Under the pieces are notes generated by a model. That model worked only from the letters and a program-made list of their open reading frames with translations, searched no databases and was not told where the DNA came from. Below, in pieces: positions 8,346 to 12,874 of a stretch of DNA of 12,874 nt (positions are counted from its first letter, which is position 1; every line of letters begins with the position of its first letter). The stretch is from Candidatus Bathyarchaeia archaeon (GTDB lineage Archaea > Thermoproteota > Bathyarchaeia > Bathyarchaeales > Bathycorpusculaceae): positions 1 to 12,874 of the forward strand of contig JBEKBM010000040.1 of the NCBI GenBank assembly GCA_050015395.1, written 5' to 3'. The position numbers and the translations under genes were made by a program.

Positions 8346-8663
8346 TTATCCCTTACATTCTCGGTAGTTGCCGCTAAGTTCATTTTCCGACAAATCTGAT
8401 TTAATCGCCTTTCGTAAGTTCTGAGAAGGGTATGGACAAATGATATGACCAAGACCGCTTGTAATGAAAGGTTCATGTTTTAACGCGCTTTTTATTGGTG
8501 CACATAATAGGTAATTCTCACAAATGCCTGTTTCCTCGCCTGTTTTTTGTGAGAAGGAACCACAGGTATGTACGGTCATGACTTTTAGACAACTATCGAC
8601 ATTGTTATGCTTCTGGCAAAGGATGCTACTTTCTGTTTTTTCACCGCAAATAAGACATTTCAT
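8346..8663 (-). CDS. Small Cys-rich hypothetical protein, possible Zn finger
   Basis: 105 aa, ATG start, N-terminal CLIC-x9-CQKH, 9 Cys in total, purine-rich AGGTGG/AAGG upstream. No family recognised. Confidence 0.6.
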   Translation of the reverse strand: MKCLICGEKTESSILCQKHNNVDSCLKVMTVHTCGSFSQKTGEETGICENYLLCAPIKSALKHEPFITSGLGHIICPYPSQNLRKAIKSDLSENELSGNYRECKG

Positions 8664-8735
8664 AAACCTTCAACCTTACCACCTATTATAATTTGGTTAA
8701 AAATTTAAGACTTGCCCTTGGCATAAATTTGCTTG

Positions 8736-8763
8736 CCAAACGGTTTTAAGTTTCACCGTTTGG
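8736..8763. repeat. 9-bp perfect inverted repeat CCAAACGGT-N10-ACCGTTTGG
   Basis: Read directly; the right arm overlaps the start of direct-repeat copy 2. Confidence 0.85.
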
Positions 8764-8817
8764 ATACTGTTAAGTCTTTTGTCATGACCCCGAAAAGCGG
8801 TTTTTAGCTTTTTACTA
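8762..8817 (+). repeat. Imperfect direct repeat, copy 2 (56 bp)
   Basis: GGATACTGTTAAGTCTTTTGTCATGACCCCGAAAAGCGGTTTTTAGCTTTTTACTA compared with copy 1 at 8259-8314. Confidence 0.9.
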
Positions 8818-8847
8818 CCTTAGCCTTTTGCTAGAACTATTACTTCG

Positions 8848-8897
8848 TTTAAAATTTTATATTGTAAACCCCGTATACTAATTAACCCATTGGAGGG
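8848..8897 (+). promoter_or_regulatory. Putative TATA box and RBS for the ParB-like operon
   Basis: AAAA-TTTTATAT (TATA-like at 8855-8862); GGAGG at 8892-8896, 9 nt before TTG 8906. Confidence 0.5.
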
Positions 8898-8905
8898 CAG
8901 AACGA

Positions 8906-9730
8906 TTGGTACGTTACGACAATACTAAGCAATTGATTCCAAAGTCTATACCCATTGATAAAATAGTCTTAAGCAAAAACAATGTAAGAAAAACCTTAGA
9001 TGATTTCTTAGCAATAGATGAGCTTGCTAAGAGCATTAAAGAAAATGGGCTTTTACAACCAGTAGTTGTTTTCCATGATGAAGGGCAGGAAACATATGAA
9101 CTAATTATTGGACAGCGGAGATATCAAGCTTGCAAGAGCATAGGCTTGAAAACAATTCCTGCAATCATTAGAAAGCCTATGAATAGTATAGATGCTATTG
9201 CATTATCGTTTATAGAGAATATACATAGAAAAGAATTGGGTTATAAAGACAAAACAGAAGTGGCTTTAGCTTTACTCAATGAACTTGGAACAATTCAATC
9301 AGTAGCCGACAAACTCAATGTATCGGATACTGCTGTTAGAAACTACCTAGGCTACAACGCGGTTCCTGACCCAATTAAAAAGATGGTTGAAGAGGGAAAA
9401 CTTTCAAGAATTGTAGCGGTCAGGATAGCTAAAAATAACCCAGTTACCGAAAAGGCAGTTGCAATTGCTGAAAAAATAAAAGAAATACCGCAAAGAAAAT
9501 TACGAAAACAAATTCTCCAAACAAATACAGCATACCCAGACTACAGCGTAGAACAGGTTGTCAAAGAAGCACCAGATATCAAGTTTAAACGAGTCACCAT
9601 AGATTTAACAAGCGCTGCTGCTGAAGCTTTGAAAATGGCAAGCGTAAAATACGAAATGGAACCTGAAGAAATCGCATTAAACGCGCTCCTAGATTACTTA
9701 ACAAATGAAGGATTTTACGGAAAGAAGTGA
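8906..9730 (+). CDS. ParB/RepB/Spo0J-family protein (ParB/Srx domain + HTH + C-terminal RHH-like segment)
   Basis: IPIDKI....NVR, ELAKSIKENGLLQPVVV, YELIIGQRRYQAC (GxRRxxA arginine patch), IPAII, ENIHRKEL, HTH TIQSVADKLNVSDTAVRNYL, C-terminal RVTIDL-helix-helix. Confidence 0.9.
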   Translation: MVRYDNTKQLIPKSIPIDKIVLSKNNVRKTLDDFLAIDELAKSIKENGLLQPVVVFHDEGQETYELIIGQRRYQACKSIGLKTIPAIIRKPMNSIDAIALSFIENIHRKELGYKDKTEVALALLNELGTIQSVADKLNVSDTAVRNYLGYNAVPDPIKKMVEEGKLSRIVAVRIAKNNPVTEKAVAIAEKIKEIPQRKLRKQILQTNTAYPDYSVEQVVKEAPDIKFKRVTIDLTSAAAEALKMASVKYEMEPEEIALNALLDYLTNEGFYGKK

Positions 9731-10296
9731 GCACAAAAATGGATGAAGAAAGTGCTCTAGCCGTTATTTATTCTAATACTAAAAGACATAAACGGTCACT
9801 AGATTTACTCACCATTGCGGAAAATTTTGCCTATCTGAAAAAGCTTTATGGAACTCAAGAAGCGGTTGCCCAAAAAACGGACCTTTCGAGAGAGATGGTT
9901 CGAGAATTTCTTCAAATACTGACCTTACCTGATTTTGTACAACAATTGATAAAGACTAGAAGAATTGACAGCATAGACGTAGCTTATAGACTGTCAAAAA
10001 TTAGAGACATTAATACTCTTGAAAACTCAACATCCCAACTTCTAAACTTACCAGCACACGACATTCGAGATATTATACAAGCAACAAGGGAAAACATTGG
10101 ATTATCAGTCGATAGCGCTAGGGAGATTATTCTAAAAACTAAACCGACTAACCTTCACTTATTCATTCTTGATTTTAGCGAAATGGATTACAAGAAATTG
10201 AATATTGTTGCTAAAAATAATCAGTGCTCCCCTGCTGAAATAATTAAAAAAATAACCGAAGACTGGCTAAAGAGCACAAAAGGAGAGAAGAAGTAA
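9727..10296 (+). CDS. ParB-like HTH protein lacking the N-terminal ParB/Srx domain
   Basis: YGTQEAVAQKTDLSREMVREFLQILTLPDFVQQLI is a Spo0J-type HTH region; C-terminal LFILDF-helix-helix is RHH-like. The GTG overlaps the upstream TGA (ATG 9739 is an alternative start). Confidence 0.75.
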   Translation: MSTKMDEESALAVIYSNTKRHKRSLDLLTIAENFAYLKKLYGTQEAVAQKTDLSREMVREFLQILTLPDFVQQLIKTRRIDSIDVAYRLSKIRDINTLENSTSQLLNLPAHDIRDIIQATRENIGLSVDSAREIILKTKPTNLHLFILDFSEMDYKKLNIVAKNNQCSPAEIIKKITEDWLKSTKGEKK

Positions 10297-10298
10297 AC

Positions 10299-11240
10299 GT
10301 GAGTGCATGCCAAACTATTCGGAAAAACATTAAGGATGTTGACAGCTTTATTGCTAGTTTTCGCCATGAAGAGCAAAGTGCTAGGGTTGAACTTCTCTTT
10401 TCTAAAGCGTTAAGTTACATGTTTCATTTGCCATTTTATACATTTCCAACCAATAATCCCTACGTACAACACAAGGTTGTTTGGTATGGCGAGAAAGAAA
10501 TGTGTCCCATAGGCGCTCCAGCTAATTATCCTGATGCCATTGTTTACGCTAGGCATTTTGATGTTTTAATGGAAGTAACACGTAATACTGGAACAAGGCA
10601 ATGGGACAGAGAGTATGCTCGTACAGTAAGGCATTTCCAAGATTACATAAAAAAGTGGAAGAAAGAAAGAGATTCGGTTTTCTTATTGTTAATTGTTAAT
10701 GACATAAACAGGGATACTTTTACTTCGGTACAAGCAAAGAACAGGGAAGGCTATAACATACTGCCGATAACTTTTCAGAATTTTGAAAGGATACTTGAGG
10801 TTTGTGACCTTGCTGTTGGATTAAGGCATTTTGATTTGAGGATTTTATTTAGCAGACTAATAAGAAATCTAATTGATTCCCAAAGTTTGACAGCTTACAA
10901 CAAGTGTGCAAAAAGGTCTGTTTTAGATTGGAGAGTTACTCTTTTAGACCGTTATCGGCTTGCATATGTCGCCGTTAAAGGCTACCAAGTATTTGTAACG
11001 GAGAACAGGCAACACTTAGGCGCTTCAGAGATTGCCACTGAAATCTATACAGAAAGAGACGTTAAAAACTATTTCAAAATATTAGGTAAAACGCCTCAAA
11101 AAGAGGATGTTATAGACGGCATGTTAACATTTGGTTTTGCAAGTGACGCAGGATTGCCACAAACGGATATGATTCTTTCTCTTGTAAGCCCTCTTGAAAT
11201 ACGAGAAAGAATTAAGGAAATCATGGAAACGATTGATTAG
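10299..11240 (+). CDS. AlwI/Nt.BstNBI-like PD-(D/E)xK endonuclease-domain protein
   Basis: GAPANYPD(79)AIVYARHFDVLME(92)VTRNTGTRQWDRE(105)YARTVRH(112) fits the AP..PD..EVT...G..Q...E...V.RH signature of RE_AlwI-family catalytic domains. It starts 2 nt after the upstream stop. Confidence 0.7.
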   Translation: MSACQTIRKNIKDVDSFIASFRHEEQSARVELLFSKALSYMFHLPFYTFPTNNPYVQHKVVWYGEKEMCPIGAPANYPDAIVYARHFDVLMEVTRNTGTRQWDREYARTVRHFQDYIKKWKKERDSVFLLLIVNDINRDTFTSVQAKNREGYNILPITFQNFERILEVCDLAVGLRHFDLRILFSRLIRNLIDSQSLTAYNKCAKRSVLDWRVTLLDRYRLAYVAVKGYQVFVTENRQHLGASEIATEIYTERDVKNYFKILGKTPQKEDVIDGMLTFGFASDAGLPQTDMILSLVSPLEIRERIKEIMETID

Positions 11241-11252
11241 AAGATAGAATAA

Positions 11253-12029
11253 TTAAATTAAACATTCGCTACTGCACAAACGTTTGACATGAACTTCTGG
11301 GATAGGCTCGTTTGCTTCAAGCTTCTCTTGTAAACCCCTTAAGGTAAACTTCATTAAGCGTTGTTTTGGAAAATGCTTAGAGTTCTCTTCTAACAGCATT
11401 GCTTTTATAAAAAGGTCTTTATGCTGTTCAAATAGCTCTGTCCACCTAGATAGAGAATTGAAAGGGCAGAAAAAGCAACCGCTTCTAACAGGCATTGAGA
11501 AGTCATAATCGCTTGCTAAAATTATGTCAACGCAATCTTGGCGTGAAAACTTTTTGTCTATTAAGGGAAAAGTATTAGTAACATATTCGACGCCACTTTC
11601 ACGCTTTCTGTCTCTTTCTTCATAGGCTATACCTAAATATTGGTTGACATGGGCTTCTAAAGAACGATAATGAGAATAGATTGGCGTAATTTTAAAGTCT
11701 CTTGTAGACCAACGCCAAAGTTGTGAAGGTATCACCTTTCTGCTCATACACTTATCGTATAAGGTTTTCCCACTTTTCGACCTAACGATTGTTAGAAGTA
11801 TCCCATATCTCGACAGGTAAGTATCAACGTTTTTTAGATGTGTGTAAGTTTCGGGTATCTCGCCACCTGTGTCTGCAAAAACGACTTCATCTAGCGGAAA
11901 ACCATTATCAACTAAATAAATGAGCAAAGCGGTTGAATTTAAACCAGCACCAAAGCTGAGTACATACTTTTCATCGGTTGTTGTATTGCTGTTATTGTGT
12001 TTAGGTTCCAAGCAAGAGTTCTCCTGCAA
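11253..12029 (-). CDS. PAPS-reductase-family (PP-loop adenine nucleotide alpha hydrolase) protein
   Basis: VLSFGAGLNSTAL, VVFADTGGEIPETY, RWSTRDFKITPI, YLGIAYEERDR, FPLID...SRQDC, PVRSGCFFCPF, C-terminal CSSEC. The true start may be TTG 12011, which has better spacing from AGGAG. Confidence 0.85.
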   Translation of the reverse strand: MQENSCLEPKHNNSNTTTDEKYVLSFGAGLNSTALLIYLVDNGFPLDEVVFADTGGEIPETYTHLKNVDTYLSRYGILLTIVRSKSGKTLYDKCMSRKVIPSQLWRWSTRDFKITPIYSHYRSLEAHVNQYLGIAYEERDRKRESGVEYVTNTFPLIDKKFSRQDCVDIILASDYDFSMPVRSGCFFCPFNSLSRWTELFEQHKDLFIKAMLLEENSKHFPKQRLMKFTLRGLQEKLEANEPIPEVHVKRLCSSECLI

Positions 12030-12086
12030 TTCTCCTGCATAAACCCTTTATTGTTCGTTCCCAATAAAAGTTTTGCGATTGCATTT

Positions 12087-12554
12087 TTACACTACAAGGA
12101 AAAGGTTGATGCCACTTGGGTAATAGAAGAAAATTATTTGCGATATTATAAAAAGGGATAGTAGCACTATAAAGGCGATTGGAAGACAATATACAAGCTT
12201 GCGCATTTCAATCCCTTTCAGCTCCTTAGGATAAAATTCTGGAGTTTGAGTATCCTTCGAGAGGTTGTTGGCCTGATTCTTGTAATATTCGATGTATTGA
12301 CTGCTTCTTTGCTGAATTAGAAGCCACACAATGCTCAGAAAGACTCCTGCGCTTGATATCATAATTTTATAAAAAGTTAGTTGGGTTAAGTTGCTTACGG
12401 GGTTTTGACTATACGCTAAAGTCAAGAGGCTTAGTACAACCAAAAAGTAACTGTTGCGACTCCAATTGAGTGTTGCTTCGCTTTCCTGTCTACTCTTTAT
12501 TAACTCTAAAGATTTCATGTTAGTTGAGTTTGCGCTGTCTTGCTGGTTTGACAT
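12087..12554 (-). CDS. 3-TM membrane protein of unknown function
   Basis: Hydrophobic segments YFLVVLSLLTLAY, IMISSAGVFLSIVWLLI and LVYCLPIAFIVLLSLFIISQIIFFYY. ATG 12554 is preferred to ORF-track TTG 12614. Confidence 0.75.
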   Translation of the reverse strand: MSNQQDSANSTNMKSLELIKSRQESEATLNWSRNSYFLVVLSLLTLAYSQNPVSNLTQLTFYKIMISSAGVFLSIVWLLIQQRSSQYIEYYKNQANNLSKDTQTPEFYPKELKGIEMRKLVYCLPIAFIVLLSLFIISQIIFFYYPSGINLFLVV

Positions 12555-12700
12555 GCTAAAACATATCAACTTCTTTTGCTTATTTGATTTTCGATAGATA
12601 TGAGGCGCTTCCAAGTTTTATAATGACTTGCCAAAGAAAACAGGCGAGAGTTTGTACATAGAAAAAGCACTATTTCATGTTGAAAGTGCGGGCATTAATT

Positions 12701-12720
12701 CTATGTTGAACTATGTTGAA
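12701..12720 (+). repeat. Perfect 10-bp tandem duplication CTATGTTGAA x2
   Basis: Read directly. Confidence 0.9.
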
Positions 12721-12734
12721 TCATATTTGGAGTC

Positions 12735-12874
12735 GAGGGGTGTGCACAATTTTAAATCTAGAGAGCGCCTTCTTGTCATCATGGAAGCCTGTGAACTCGT
12801 CAGGCTAATCGTCAACAAAACAGTCATTCCAGCAGAACCCAAAAGACGCGGAAACCCAGGCTACGGACAACTCA
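12735..12874 (+). mobile_element. Probable left end of an insertion sequence with DDE transposase N-terminus (CDS from ATG 12781, runs off the window)
   Basis: GAGGGGTGTGCACAA resembles IS5/IS1182-type terminal inverted repeats. TTTTAAAT lies ~25 bp before the ATG. The peptide MEACELVRLIVNKTVIPAEPKRRGNPGYGQL has the 'KRRG.PGY' style of transposase N-termini. No catalytic domain or right end is visible. Confidence 0.5.

Noticed and set aside
8259-8817. Direct repeats as a CRISPR array or integron attC sites
   Set aside because: Only two full, diverged 56-bp copies 503 bp apart and no cas genes. GTTAAGT fits GTTRRRY, but I found no matching RYYYAAC box with the extended attC dyad symmetry.
8906-9730. 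Ordinary chromosome or plasmid partition locus (parABS)
   Set aside because: No parA or replication gene in the window, no canonical bacterial parS noticed, and the gene is coupled to a nuclease.
11253-12029. Calling this gene cysH or dndC
   Set aside because: It lacks the CysH ECGLH terminus and sulfate-assimilation context, is much shorter than typical DndC, and no dndD/E is present.
12001-12189. 62-aa - strand ORF bridging the membrane-protein and PAPS-reductase-like genes
   Set aside because: It overlaps both genes in another frame and has no recognisable features.
8535-12648. 12-bp inverted match CTCGCCTGTTTT (8535-8546) / AAAACAGGCGAG (12637-12648) as element ends
   Set aside because: Several 12-bp matches are expected by chance in 12.9 kb, and one copy lies inside an ORF.

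Overview
Archaeal window (gene set and protein style suggest Bathyarchaeia; this is an inference) in three parts. (1) 1-1074: the 5' end of a divergent NuoE/NuoF (HydC/HydB)-type operon on the - strand. The NuoE-like subunit carries an extra N-terminal Zn-ribbon and a perfect 22-bp palindrome lies over its predicted promoter. A short 3' remnant of a cooC-like gene follows. (2) 1211-8194: an intact acetyl-CoA decarbonylase/synthase operon, cdhA-cdhB-cdhC-cdhD-cdhE (Wood-Ljungdahl carbonyl branch). (3) 8230-12874: a visibly AT-richer accessory island. It holds a Cys-rich ORF between two 56-bp imperfect direct repeats and a tightly coupled three-gene operon: full ParB-like protein, ParB paralog lacking the N-terminal nucleotide-binding domain, and a stand-alone AlwI/Nt.BstNBI-type PD-(D/E)xK nuclease. 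A convergent PAPS-reductase-family gene, a 3-TM membrane protein and a probable IS left end complete it. The ParB/ParB-deltaN/nuclease (+PAPS reductase) module is the best candidate for an undescribed defence or DNA-modification system. All family calls come from motif recognition by eye; no searches were run.
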